A program made the translations under genes and the position numbers. Shown here piece after piece: positions 51,064 through 61,281 of a stretch of 64,000 nt of DNA (positions are counted from its first letter, which is position 1; each line of letters opens with the position of its first letter). Origin of the DNA: Spirochaetota bacterium (GTDB lineage Bacteria > Spirochaetota > UBA4802 > JAFGDQ01); contig JAZDKB010000004.1 of assembly GCA_043803405.1 (NCBI GenBank), positions 64,001-128,000 of the forward strand, given 5' to 3'. The notes below the pieces were generated by a model, which saw only the letters and a program-made list of their open reading frames with translations, searched no databases and was not told the DNA's origin.

Positions 51064-54000
51064 ATGTCCAAGAAAGACAACAGATACCCGCAGGAAGGCA
51101 TTGCTATTATTGGTTTGGGGTGTTATTTTCCCAAAGCCAGAGGAATTGATCAATTCTGGCAAAATGTACTAAATAAAGTTAATTGTATAACGGAAATTCC
51201 GAAGGGACGATGGGACCCGGCTGTATATTATAGCCCTGATAAAAATGCTCCTGATAAGACATATTCAAAAATCGGGGGATTTGTTGATCCTTTTGATTTC
51301 AGCATACTTGCAAAAAAGTTTAAAATTCCTCCAATGATATTAAACGCAATGGATGTTACGCAGAAGTTTGCTTTACTGGCAACAAGCGATGCTCTTGAGG
51401 ATGCCGGATACGGCAACAAGGAATTTGACAGGTCAAGAACTGCTGTCATTATCGGCAATTCGATGGGTGGCGATAAATCTGATTATTCGGATTTCAGGGT
51501 ATTCTTAAACGAAGTTGAATATAATTTAAGGAACAGCCCTGCTTTTTCCAGGATCGATCCCGCAACGCAAAATAAAATCATTGAAGAATCCGTATATAAA
51601 CTGAAATCCGGCATTTTGAATATTACCGAGGATACAATGCCCGGAGAGCTTTCCAATGTTATAGCAGGCAGAATTTCGAACGCTTTAAATCTTACGGGAC
51701 AGAGTATTACGGTGGATGCAGCCTGTGCATCTTCTTTCGCAAGCTTTCAGGAAGCGGCAAGAGGATTAAGATGCCATGACTTTGATATGGTAGTGGCTGG
51801 CGGCACTGATTATATGATGGGGCCAAGCCCGTATATTAAATTCAGCAAGATAGGAGCTCTTTCTGCGGATGGCTCAAGACCCTTCGATGCCCGAGCAAAC
51901 GGTTTTGTAATGGGAGAAGGTACCGGTATTTTTATTCTTAAAAGAGTAAGTGACGCAAGGAGAGACGGGAATAAGATATATGCGATACTTGCCGGCATTG
52001 GTGCCTCTGCAGACGGGAAAGGGAAGGGCATTACGGCTCCTAATCCCAAAGGGCAACACCTGGCGGTTTCCAGGGCTCTCGCAGAAGCAGGCTACGGTCC
52101 TGAAACGGTTCAGTATGTTGAAGCGCACGGGACTTCGACTATTGTCGGCGACCTGGCGGAAATGGAAGGACTGCTGAGTGTCTGGGAAAATAAAGGCATA
52201 AAAAATAACTCAATAGGAATCGGATCGGTAAAATCGAATATCGGCCATTTAAAAGCAGCTTCAGGTTCTGCTTCCATAATTAAACTCGCATTAGCTCTTA
52301 AGAATAAGATAATGCCCCCTTCAATAAATTACGAGACTCCGAATCCGAACATTGCCTTTGGCAGGATTCCGTTCAGAGTAATAACCGATCCAACAGAGTG
52401 GCCTAAAGGAATTGACGGCAATCCGAGAAGGGGAAATGCAAGCTCCTTTGGTTTTGGTGGTACGAATTTTCATGCAGTATTTGAAGAAGATACCGGTGAC
52501 AATGGAATGCCTGCGCCTGTAAAATATTATTCGGGTGCGGAATTAACTCAAAATGAAAGTTCTCCGGTTATAAGAGGAGTGCAAAGCTCCGCCCCGCAAA
52601 CAACGGTTTGCGATTATAGTCATAAGAGATATGAATTATCCGAAGAAAACAATAAAAAGCTGCATGGTGAAGCGATAATTATAGGCGGTTCATCATGGAA
52701 TGATATAAATGACAGACTGGCTTCTCTTAAAAAGGAAATAACCGGCAGCAGCATTACAATGCGCGATCTCTTTAAAAGATTCAATATGCAAAGCAATTCT
52801 ATGGACTACAGGCTTGGGATCGCAGCCTTTTCACTTGATGAATTTCTGGGAAAATTTAATTCGGTTCCTGAAGGATTCGAGAATATAAAACGCAGAATGG
52901 TGTTGAAAAACAAAGGCCTTTTTTACGGCGAGCATCTTCTGGAAAAAAAGAAATCCCTGGGAAAAATTTGCTTCCTGTTCCCAGGACAGGGAAACCAGTA
53001 CATAAATATGTTCAAGGATCTTTATAATAAATATAAAGTCTTTAAAGATACATTCGATGAAGCTGACCGTATAATGTATGATTTTATGGGAAAGGGAATT
53101 TCCGATCTTTTTTTCCAGAATGACGATATTTCCGGTAGCGACCTGGAAGCTGCTGAGGAAATGGTTCAGCCTACTGAAATTACCCAGCCGGCGGTATTGG
53201 CTGTAGATTATGCCATGTTCAAGCTATTGCGTAGCTTTGGGATAAATCCGGATGTTGCGGTAGGACATAGCCTTGGTGAATACGGCGCATTGATCGCTGC
53301 TGAAGTTATGAGTTTCAGGGACGCCCTGTATGCGGTTTCTGCGAGAGGCAAAGAGCTGGAGAACATAAAGTGGGATGAAATAGGAAAAATGCTGAGCGTG
53401 TCAGCTTCAACAGAAAAGGCAGAACAGCTTTTGAAAGGAATAACAGGTTATGCAATAATTGCGAATAAGAACTGCAATTCCCAGGTAGTAGTAGGCGGTG
53501 AAGGTAAGGCGGTTCTTCAGGTTATGGACAAATGCAAGGCCGAGGGCATACCTGCCCAGCTTCTCCCTGTATCGCAGGCATTCCATACCAGGGTACTGGA
53601 GCCTGCTGGCCCATCATACAGAAGAACGCTGGAAAATCTCCGGATTAATAGCCCGAAGATAGATATAGTCGCAAATCTTACAGGCGATTATTATCCAAAA
53701 GGTGAAAATGCCCGCGGAAAGATAATAGATATTCTTGTGCAGCATATATCCAATCCTGTTGAATTTATGAAATCAGTTCAAAGGATGTATTCGGACGGAG
53801 TAGATGTTTTTATCGAAGCGGGACCAAAGAGGAATCTCTCTTCATTTATTTTAAATATTCTTGATAAGCAACCCCATCTTTCGATTGCAACGAATCATCC
53901 GAAAAGAGGCGGTATAGGCGCGTTTAATGATACACTTGCTGCGATGTCGACTCACGGGTTCGATATTGACTGGAACGGCATTGATGAGAATGGAAATAGA

Positions 54001-57000
54001 ATGAATGATCCGGACTGGAGATACAGAGATAAATTTCTCGGCAAACCGGAGATAATTACAACAGCATCCGCTGTTATTGAAAAGAAAACTGAAGCTAAAG
54101 GATTTGATATGAGCAATAACGAACAGAAAAAATATCTGAATAATACTGATTACAGCAATGTTTCTATAGATAAGTTTTACGGTGATTTCCAGTCGAAGCA
54201 GAAGAAGCTTCTTGAAGACGTCATGGATATTTACTCTAAAAAGAGCGAGGAACTCCTTAATGAACAGATGAGGGATGCTCTTTATTATAAGAAGGAAGTT
54301 GAGAGGAATAAGATTAATTTTGACAGAGTAATGATCTCGGGCGTGGCAATGGGGCTTCCGGGCGAACGCTTCAAGGTATTTGATGAGCATGTCTACGACA
54401 GGTTGGCCGACGGCATTAATATGATTGATCCTGTTCCTCAGGATGTAAGGGAAAGGATAGCGGAAAAAAATATTACCCGTCTTTTAAAGAAAAGCGACGG
54501 TGAAGCTTCATTTGAAACAATAACTGATAAAGCAGATGTTGTGAAACTGTGCGGGAGAAAAGGCCAGTTTGATCTTCACGAAGAATACGGTGTTGCTAAG
54601 GAATTTATTGAAAACATTGAATCTTCCACTCAGCTTGCCATAGCTGCAACGATTGAAGCGCTTAGGGATGCAGGTATTCCGCTGGTGATGAACTACAAGC
54701 GGACATCGACAAATAAACTGCTGCCCGCGTTCTGGGGGCTTCCCGAAGACATGCAGGAAGAAACCGGGATTATTTTCGGCGCGGCATTCCCGGGTGAAAA
54801 TATGGTTGTTGAAGAATTGTCCAAAGCGCTTGCATATAAATACGGGAGTAAAACAAAAAGGGAACTGGTTAAACTTTATTCATCAATTATTGAAAAAATT
54901 AAAGATGAAAAAGTCAGGGAATTGCTTACTGAATGGTATGCAGAAAATTATTCAATATTAAAAGACGGGATAGGTGAAGAAAATCTTTATCAATTCAACA
55001 GAAAATTCATATTTAAAATTCTGGTTATGGGACACTCTCAGCTGGCGTACTTTATAAAGGCAAAAGGCCCGAACATTCACATTAATGTAGCGTGTTCTTC
55101 AACAACAGCCGGTATAGGTATTGCCGAAGACTGGATACGTACCGGAAGGGTGAAGAGGGTTATTGTAGTGGCTGCGGATGATGTTACTACTAATACGTTT
55201 CTTGAGTGGATACTGAGCGGCTTCCTTGCAGTAGGTGCAGTCAGCACTGAGGAGAAGATTGAAAATGCTGCCATACCGTTCGATAGAAGAAGAAACGGTA
55301 TGATTGTAGGCATGGGCGCAGCATGTCTTGTTGTTGAAGCTGAATCCGAGATCAGAAAAAGAGGGATGGAGCCAATAGTAGAAGTAATATCGACAGAATT
55401 CGGGAACAGCGCGTTTCACGGAACAAGGATAGATAATGTTCACATACGCAGAGTAATGGAAAGAGTTATTTCCAAAGCTGAGGACCGGTTGAATTTGAAA
55501 CGCAGCGATATTGCGAAAAAAATGCTTTTCATGTCACACGAAACTTACACACCTGCACGCGGCGGAAGCGCATCCGCAGAGATCAATGCATTAAGGAATA
55601 CTTTCCAGGACAGTTATAAAGATATTATAGTTTCAAATACAAAGGGCTTCACCGGCCATACTATGGCGGTAGGCATTGAAGATGTTGTTGCTGTAAGGGC
55701 GCTTCAGACAACAAAAGTGCCCCCGATTGCCAATCACAGAGAAGTTGATCCTGATCTTGGAATGATAAACCTAAGTAAAGGCGGGAAATATGAGCATCTT
55801 CAGTATGCTTTAAGGCTGGGGGCAGGATTTGGCTCTCAGATAGCTATGAGCGTGCTGAAGCTTGTTAGCAGAAAAGAAGACCGTATTATTAATAAGGGCG
55901 CATATTCTGAATGGCTGAAAAAGATGTCGGGGATTGAGAATCCGCAGATCGAAGTAGTAAAGAAGACTTTACGCATTAAAGACGATGGTTCTATAATGAA
56001 AAAAGACAGGGCTGCATTTGTTGAAGCTGCAGCCACTGAAACTCCTATAGATGACGATATTGCGGTGCGCTATGCCGATTCATCGGCTGCGGCGCAAAGG
56101 CAGCAGGTTGCGGCATTTCAGCCGCAGGTTTCTCCGGCAGCCGCTCCTCAGACTGCACAGGCAGATGAAGCAATTAAGCAAAAGATAATGAAGATAGTAG
56201 GCGAGAAGACGGGATATCCGGAAGACCTGATTGAGTTTGACCTGGATATGGAAAGCGATCTTGGAATAGACACTGTTAAGCAGGCAGAGATGTTCGGCGT
56301 AATCCGCGAGACATTCGGTATTGCCGCGGACGAAACTATCCGGATAAAGGATTTTCCGACTCTTAATCATGTAATCGGATTTGTGAAAACAAAGTCGCCG
56401 CAATTCGCGGGACTGGCTGCGGCCTATACGGCGCCGGCAGTTCAGACAGTATCTGCTCCGGCTGCTGCAGTCGCCGGGGCTCCTGCGGGCGCGCTTGACG
56501 GCATCAAAAAGAAAATAATGAAGATAGTAGGCGAGAAAACAGGCTATCCTGAAGACCTGATCGAGTTCGATCTTGATATGGAAAGCGATCTTGGAATAGA
56601 TACTGTTAAGCAGGCAGAGATGTTCGGCCTGATACGCGATACTTTTAATATACCTGCTGATGAGAGCATCCGGATAAAGGACTTCCCGACGCTTAACCAC
56701 GTAATCGGGTTTGTGAGATCAAAGTCGCCGCAATTCGCTGGAATGCCGGATGCTGCGTTTGCTGCGCCTTCTGTTCAGGCTCAGCCTGCTGCTATGCAAG
56801 CGCAGTCAGTATCTGCTCCGGCTGCTGCGGTCGCCGGAGCTCCTGCGGGCGTGCTTGACGACATCAGAAAAAAAGTGATGAAGATAGTAGGCGAGAAGAC
56901 AGGCTATCCGGAAGACCTGATCGAGTTTGACCTTGATATGGAAAGCGATCTTGGAATAGATACCGTTAAACAGGCAGAGATGTTCGGGCTTATCCGCGAG

Positions 57001-60000
57001 ACGTTCAATATTCCGACTGATGAGAGCATAAGGATAAAGGATTTTCCGACTCTGAACCATGTTATTGGATTTATTACGTCAAAGTCGCCGCAGTTCGCTG
57101 GAATTGCAGCGGCTGCGTTAGTTGCGCCTTCTGTTCAGGTTCAGCCTGCTGCAATACCTACACAGGCTGTAGCTGTTCCGGCTGCTGCTGTCGCCGGGGT
57201 GCCTGCTGACGGGCTTGATAATATCAGAAAGAAAATAGTTAAGATAGTTGAAGAGAAGACAGGTTACCCTGAAGACCTGATAGAGTTCGATCTTGATATG
57301 GAGAGCGATCTTGGAATAGATACTGTTAAGCAGGCAGAGATGTTCGGCCTGATACGCGAAACATTCGGTATACCTTCTGACGAGACTATCCGGATAAAAG
57401 ATTTTCCGACTCTTAATCACGTGATCGGGTTCGTAAGGACTAAGTCGCCGCAATTTGCAGGAATGGCACAGGCCGCTCCTGCAGCAGCGCCGGTTGTTCC
57501 TGCACAGCCAGCTGCTTCACCTGCGCAGGCTGTATCTGTTCCGGCTGCTGCAGTCGCCGGTGTGCCTGCGGGCGAACTGGACGACATCAGAAAAAAAATA
57601 GTAAAGATAGTTGAAGAGAAGACCGGTTACTCCGAAGACCTGATCGAATTTGATCTTGATATGGAAAGCGATCTTGGAATAGATACGGTTAAACAGGCAG
57701 AGATGTTCGGCCTGATACGTGAAAGATTTAATATTCCTGCTGACGAGACTATCCGCATAAAGGATTTCCCGACTCTTAATCATGTGATCGGGTTCGTAAA
57801 ATCAAAGTCTCCGCAATTTGCAGGAGCTGCTACTCAGACGAAACCTATTGAAGAGCAACAGACTGTAACAACAGAAGTTAAGGAGGCTGTAAAAAGCAAT
57901 ATTAAAAGAATGACTATCGAGATGCGCGAAGAGCCTCTTGATAAGAAAGGAACGCCCAGATTCAACTTTAAAGGGCTTAACATACTTATAACTGATGACG
58001 GCAAAGGCGTAGCAACTGCAATCGAAAAAACTTTGAAAGAAGCTGAAGCCAGTGTCGAGATTATCAATCAAACCGAAATGGAAGATGTTGGTAATTTAAA
58101 GAAAGCAATCGAGAGAGCAAAGAAGTCCGGAAAAATAAATGGCGTCATTCATCTGACTTCATTTGAAGAATCTAAATCTCTTGATGATATGAGCTTTGAA
58201 GACTGGAGAAAAAATATTTTCAGAAGAGTAAAATCCCTGTATTATATTTCGAAAACACTTCAGCAGGATATTAAAGAAAGCGGCAAAAATAATACTGCAT
58301 TTCTTGTGTCTGTAACGGACATGGGAGGCACATTCGGAGTTAACGATTTTACATCGAACAATCCGATTGGCGGCGGCGTGAGCGGACTTACAAAAGGACT
58401 GGATAAGGAATTTAACCAGACTAAGAAGGAAGTCCTGGTAAAGGCAATTGATTTATCTTCATTGGATAAACCGGCTGCTGCTGCGAAGACAATACTTAGC
58501 GAGATTCAGTTCGGAAGCCGGAGAGTCGAAGTTGGATATGTTGGCAGAACCAGGATGGTCCCACAGGTTATTTATAAGGACATTGATTTCAGCATAGAAC
58601 CGAGAACAGCTCTTGGCGAAGGATCGGTCTTTGTTGTCACAGGAGGCGGCTACGGCATCACAAGCGCAATTGCCAAGGATATAGCAAAAAATTTAAAGGC
58701 AAAGCTCGCGATCATTTCACTTGAGACTTTGCCTGAGAATATTACGGAGCTTGCTAATCTTGATGCGAACGGACTAAAGCAGCTTAAGGATAAAGTCGTT
58801 GCCGAACTTAAGTCGAAGAATGAGCGCGTTACTCCTGTGATGATAGACAAGGAATACAGTAAATACACGATCGCTATCGATATTTACAAAAATGTTGAGG
58901 AAATGAAAAGGCTCGGAGCGCCCGATGTTGCGTATTACAGCTGCAACGTAATGGATAACGCGGCCATGACTGATATAATCAATAAGATCAGGGAAAGATT
59001 CGGCAGGATCGATGCCGTAATACACGGCGCAGGCATAAACAAGGATAAATTCCTTGAAGATAAATCCTTTGAGGACTTTTCGCTTGTTGTAGATGTAAAG
59101 GCTGACGGGTGTTACAATATAATGGAAGCAGTAAAGAAAGACGGGGTAAAGGCTCTCGTTACTTTTGCTTCAATATCCGGACGTTTCGGGAACATCGGAC
59201 AGACGGATTATTCGTCGGCGAATGACCTGCTCAACAAATACGTGGAGCATTCGAACAGAAGATTTGCGCCGGATATGAAGGCAGTGTCCATGAACTGGAG
59301 CGGATGGCTGGGCGTCGGTATGGCAACCCGCGGAAGCATAGCCAAGATATTCGAAGAAAGCGGCGTTGACATGATCCCGATGGAAGAAGGGATAACCAAG
59401 GTAAGGGAAGAATTGCTGTATGGCAATGATGCCGAAATCATAGTGGCAGGCAGGGTAGGAGCAATAGACAGCGATAACATCATAGCAGGCGATAAAAATA
59501 ATGATTATCTGGCAGCTGTCAAACGCCTTGAATCAAAGGATCAGTTTCCTTTAATTGATGAGATAATAAACCTGAAGCCGAATCGTTCAATCGTCGTTAA
59601 AAAGAAGCTCGATACAGAAGCGGATGTTTATTTGAAAGATCACGCTATTGAAAACATACCGTATTTTCCTGCTGTTATGGGAATCGAGACATTTGCGGAA
59701 ACAGCGGTTCTTTTATTTCCGAAAAAACGCGTAAAATTAATGAAAGATATTAAGTTCAATATCCCGATTAAAATTTTTAAAGGCAAGCCGCTGGATCTTA
59801 TTACGACTGCGGAAAAAGTTAGCGAGCAGAATGGAGAGATTACACTAAAGGCCAGAATAGAAACCGAGTTCTTTAACAAAGCCGGAGTAAAGCTTGGCGA
59901 CAATAAACTGCATTTTGAGGCAGAGATTGTGCTTTCGGACAAGGGCGCTGACAAGAAAAGTTTAAAATCGGATGGAGTCGATATTGAGTTAATACAGAAA

Positions 60001-60462
60001 GCAAAAGGTAAAAAAATAATTAACGAAGAAGAGATTTATAAGAGATTCTTCCATGGTCCTAAATTTCAGGTACATGCCGGAGTAATTAAAATAAAAGAAG
60101 AAATGATATATGGTTTACTCTCTGCCAAAAATGCGAAGGGTGAAGATCATTTTACTTTTGTAAAGAAGCCGCATTTTATTGCCAATCCGATGGCTATTGA
60201 AGCAGCGTTCCAGAACGCCGGGCTTTACGCAATGACCAAAGAAAATAAAATGTCGCTTCCGGATGGAATAGATGAACTTGTATTCGTTCAGATTCCTGCA
60301 GGCGCAAAAGAGCTTTTTATGAGCGCTAAATACATTAAACATGATGATCTGAAACACGAATACGATACGGTTATACTTGACGGTCAGGGAAATGTTTATT
60401 CGGTAATGAAAGGTTACAGAATGATAAACATAGGAGACTTGAAAGAAAATGAGAAGTTTTAG
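51064..60462 (+). CDS. Iterative type I PKS/FAS, PfaA-related: KS-AT-KS-ACPx5-KR-DH
   Basis: KS1 DAAC221/EAH355/GH395; AT FPGQG, GHSLG, QAFH; KS2 VAC1344/SH1492ETY/TGH1532; five DLGIDTVKQ ACPs; KR TGGGYGI, GQTDYSSAN; DH DHAI..IPYFP, FHGP.FQ. Confidence 0.92.
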   Translation: MSKKDNRYPQEGIAIIGLGCYFPKARGIDQFWQNVLNKVNCITEIPKGRWDPAVYYSPDKNAPDKTYSKIGGFVDPFDFSILAKKFKIPPMILNAMDVTQKFALLATSDALEDAGYGNKEFDRSRTAVIIGNSMGGDKSDYSDFRVFLNEVEYNLRNSPAFSRIDPATQNKIIEESVYKLKSGILNITEDTMPGELSNVIAGRISNALNLTGQSITVDAACASSFASFQEAARGLRCHDFDMVVAGGTDYMMGPSPYIKFSKIGALSADGSRPFDARANGFVMGEGTGIFILKRVSDARRDGNKIYAILAGIGASADGKGKGITAPNPKGQHLAVSRALAEAGYGPETVQYVEAHGTSTIVGDLAEMEGLLSVWENKGIKNNSIGIGSVKSNIGHLKAASGSASIIKLALALKNKIMPPSINYETPNPNIAFGRIPFRVITDPTEWPKGIDGNPRRGNASSFGFGGTNFHAVFEEDTGDNGMPAPVKYYSGAELTQNESSPVIRGVQSSAPQTTVCDYSHKRYELSEENNKKLHGEAIIIGGSSWNDINDRLASLKKEITGSSITMRDLFKRFNMQSNSMDYRLGIAAFSLDEFLGKFNSVPEGFENIKRRMVLKNKGLFYGEHLLEKKKSLGKICFLFPGQGNQYINMFKDLYNKYKVFKDTFDEADRIMYDFMGKGISDLFFQNDDISGSDLEAAEEMVQPTEITQPAVLAVDYAMFKLLRSFGINPDVAVGHSLGEYGALIAAEVMSFRDALYAVSARGKELENIKWDEIGKMLSVSASTEKAEQLLKGITGYAIIANKNCNSQVVVGGEGKAVLQVMDKCKAEGIPAQLLPVSQAFHTRVLEPAGPSYRRTLENLRINSPKIDIVANLTGDYYPKGENARGKIIDILVQHISNPVEFMKSVQRMYSDGVDVFIEAGPKRNLSSFILNILDKQPHLSIATNHPKRGGIGAFNDTLAAMSTHGFDIDWNGIDENGNRMNDPDWRYRDKFLGKPEIITTASAVIEKKTEAKGFDMSNNEQKKYLNNTDYSNVSIDKFYGDFQSKQKKLLEDVMDIYSKKSEELLNEQMRDALYYKKEVERNKINFDRVMISGVAMGLPGERFKVFDEHVYDRLADGINMIDPVPQDVRERIAEKNITRLLKKSDGEASFETITDKADVVKLCGRKGQFDLHEEYGVAKEFIENIESSTQLAIAATIEALRDAGIPLVMNYKRTSTNKLLPAFWGLPEDMQEETGIIFGAAFPGENMVVEELSKALAYKYGSKTKRELVKLYSSIIEKIKDEKVRELLTEWYAENYSILKDGIGEENLYQFNRKFIFKILVMGHSQLAYFIKAKGPNIHINVACSSTTAGIGIAEDWIRTGRVKRVIVVAADDVTTNTFLEWILSGFLAVGAVSTEEKIENAAIPFDRRRNGMIVGMGAACLVVEAESEIRKRGMEPIVEVISTEFGNSAFHGTRIDNVHIRRVMERVISKAEDRLNLKRSDIAKKMLFMSHETYTPARGGSASAEINALRNTFQDSYKDIIVSNTKGFTGHTMAVGIEDVVAVRALQTTKVPPIANHREVDPDLGMINLSKGGKYEHLQYALRLGAGFGSQIAMSVLKLVSRKEDRIINKGAYSEWLKKMSGIENPQIEVVKKTLRIKDDGSIMKKDRAAFVEAAATETPIDDDIAVRYADSSAAAQRQQVAAFQPQVSPAAAPQTAQADEAIKQKIMKIVGEKTGYPEDLIEFDLDMESDLGIDTVKQAEMFGVIRETFGIAADETIRIKDFPTLNHVIGFVKTKSPQFAGLAAAYTAPAVQTVSAPAAAVAGAPAGALDGIKKKIMKIVGEKTGYPEDLIEFDLDMESDLGIDTVKQAEMFGLIRDTFNIPADESIRIKDFPTLNHVIGFVRSKSPQFAGMPDAAFAAPSVQAQPAAMQAQSVSAPAAAVAGAPAGVLDDIRKKVMKIVGEKTGYPEDLIEFDLDMESDLGIDTVKQAEMFGLIRETFNIPTDESIRIKDFPTLNHVIGFITSKSPQFAGIAAAALVAPSVQVQPAAIPTQAVAVPAAAVAGVPADGLDNIRKKIVKIVEEKTGYPEDLIEFDLDMESDLGIDTVKQAEMFGLIRETFGIPSDETIRIKDFPTLNHVIGFVRTKSPQFAGMAQAAPAAAPVVPAQPAASPAQAVSVPAAAVAGVPAGELDDIRKKIVKIVEEKTGYSEDLIEFDLDMESDLGIDTVKQAEMFGLIRERFNIPADETIRIKDFPTLNHVIGFVKSKSPQFAGAATQTKPIEEQQTVTTEVKEAVKSNIKRMTIEMREEPLDKKGTPRFNFKGLNILITDDGKGVATAIEKTLKEAEASVEIINQTEMEDVGNLKKAIERAKKSGKINGVIHLTSFEESKSLDDMSFEDWRKNIFRRVKSLYYISKTLQQDIKESGKNNTAFLVSVTDMGGTFGVNDFTSNNPIGGGVSGLTKGLDKEFNQTKKEVLVKAIDLSSLDKPAAAAKTILSEIQFGSRRVEVGYVGRTRMVPQVIYKDIDFSIEPRTALGEGSVFVVTGGGYGITSAIAKDIAKNLKAKLAIISLETLPENITELANLDANGLKQLKDKVVAELKSKNERVTPVMIDKEYSKYTIAIDIYKNVEEMKRLGAPDVAYYSCNVMDNAAMTDIINKIRERFGRIDAVIHGAGINKDKFLEDKSFEDFSLVVDVKADGCYNIMEAVKKDGVKALVTFASISGRFGNIGQTDYSSANDLLNKYVEHSNRRFAPDMKAVSMNWSGWLGVGMATRGSIAKIFEESGVDMIPMEEGITKVREELLYGNDAEIIVAGRVGAIDSDNIIAGDKNNDYLAAVKRLESKDQFPLIDEIINLKPNRSIVVKKKLDTEADVYLKDHAIENIPYFPAVMGIETFAETAVLLFPKKRVKLMKDIKFNIPIKIFKGKPLDLITTAEKVSEQNGEITLKARIETEFFNKAGVKLGDNKLHFEAEIVLSDKGADKKSLKSDGVDIELIQKAKGKKIINEEEIYKRFFHGPKFQVHAGVIKIKEEMIYGLLSAKNAKGEDHFTFVKKPHFIANPMAIEAAFQNAGLYAMTKENKMSLPDGIDELVFVQIPAGAKELFMSAKYIKHDDLKHEYDTVILDGQGNVYSVMKGYRMINIGDLKENEKF
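56170..57830 (+). repeat. Five tandem ACP-coding repeats with Ala/Pro-rich linkers
   Basis: Near-identical units spaced 330, 360, 360 and 363 nt apart. Confidence 0.95.
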
Positions 60463-61273
60463 GAACACATATTATGATATAAAAGAGCATCATAATCATA
60501 CACTTAAATTTCTTAATTCCAGTATCGCGTTTATCGATATCGAAAATGTCAAAAAGCGAATGAGCAAAAGAGGCGAGCATGCTTATGATGATTTTCTGAC
60601 CGATTGGGAAAATTCTTATATTAACGAACTAAAAGTTCCTAAAAGGAAAATGGATTTTCTTTGCGGAAGGCTTGCAGGCAAAAGAGCTGTCAGAAGACAT
60701 CTGATAAAAAATTCCTATGCAGGTATTGAAGATGGGAAAGAACATCCGGTTTTTAAAGACATTGAGATAAAAAGAACAGTAACCGGAAGGCCGCTTGTAT
60801 TTATTAAAGACGGATCATCTCCAAACGGCTCATCCGAGTACCATGTTTCAATTTCGCACACGGAAGGCGTTGCAGCTTCTCTTGTGTCAAATAAGATGGA
60901 TTGCAAAGGCATCGGCATAGATATTGAAAGGATAGAAGAAAGGGACACTTCGTTGTTAAATGTGGCTTTTACGGAACAGGAAATAAGTAAATTACTAAAA
61001 AATTTTTCCGGACAAAACGGAAATACAAAAATAATATTTGAGAATAATGTAGCTAAATACTGGTCAATAAAAGAAGCGGTAATGAAGTGCATGGGTGTTG
61101 GAGTAAATATTGATCTGAAGGATATCGAAATAACGGTTTCCGGCGATTATAATTCGGTAGTGAGTTTAAAGAATGAAGCTCAGAGTAGATTTGAGCTGCT
61201 AAAAGGGAGTGATTTAAAAATAGAGTCTACAAAAATTGAAAAGTTTATGATTTCCATAGCCTGTCTGTATTAG
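60449..61273 (+). CDS. Sfp-type 4'-phosphopantetheinyl transferase
   Basis: FLCGRLAGK, GRP, SISHT, GIDIE, WSIKEAVMK; overlaps the PKS stop by 14 nt. Confidence 0.88.
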   Translation: MRSFRNTYYDIKEHHNHTLKFLNSSIAFIDIENVKKRMSKRGEHAYDDFLTDWENSYINELKVPKRKMDFLCGRLAGKRAVRRHLIKNSYAGIEDGKEHPVFKDIEIKRTVTGRPLVFIKDGSSPNGSSEYHVSISHTEGVAASLVSNKMDCKGIGIDIERIEERDTSLLNVAFTEQEISKLLKNFSGQNGNTKIIFENNVAKYWSIKEAVMKCMGVGVNIDLKDIEITVSGDYNSVVSLKNEAQSRFELLKGSDLKIESTKIEKFMISIACLY

Positions 61274-61281
61274 TAGTTATT

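Noticed and set aside
56080..57830. Regular long repeats and repeated antisense ORFs as a CRISPR array or separate genes
   Set aside because: The units are 330-363 nt in-frame ACP domains; the minus-strand ORFs are their shadows.
51064..61273. Calling the locus a canonical pfa PUFA synthase cluster
   Set aside because: It has an extra KS, Thr-type ACPs and no pfaB, pfaC or pfaD in the window.
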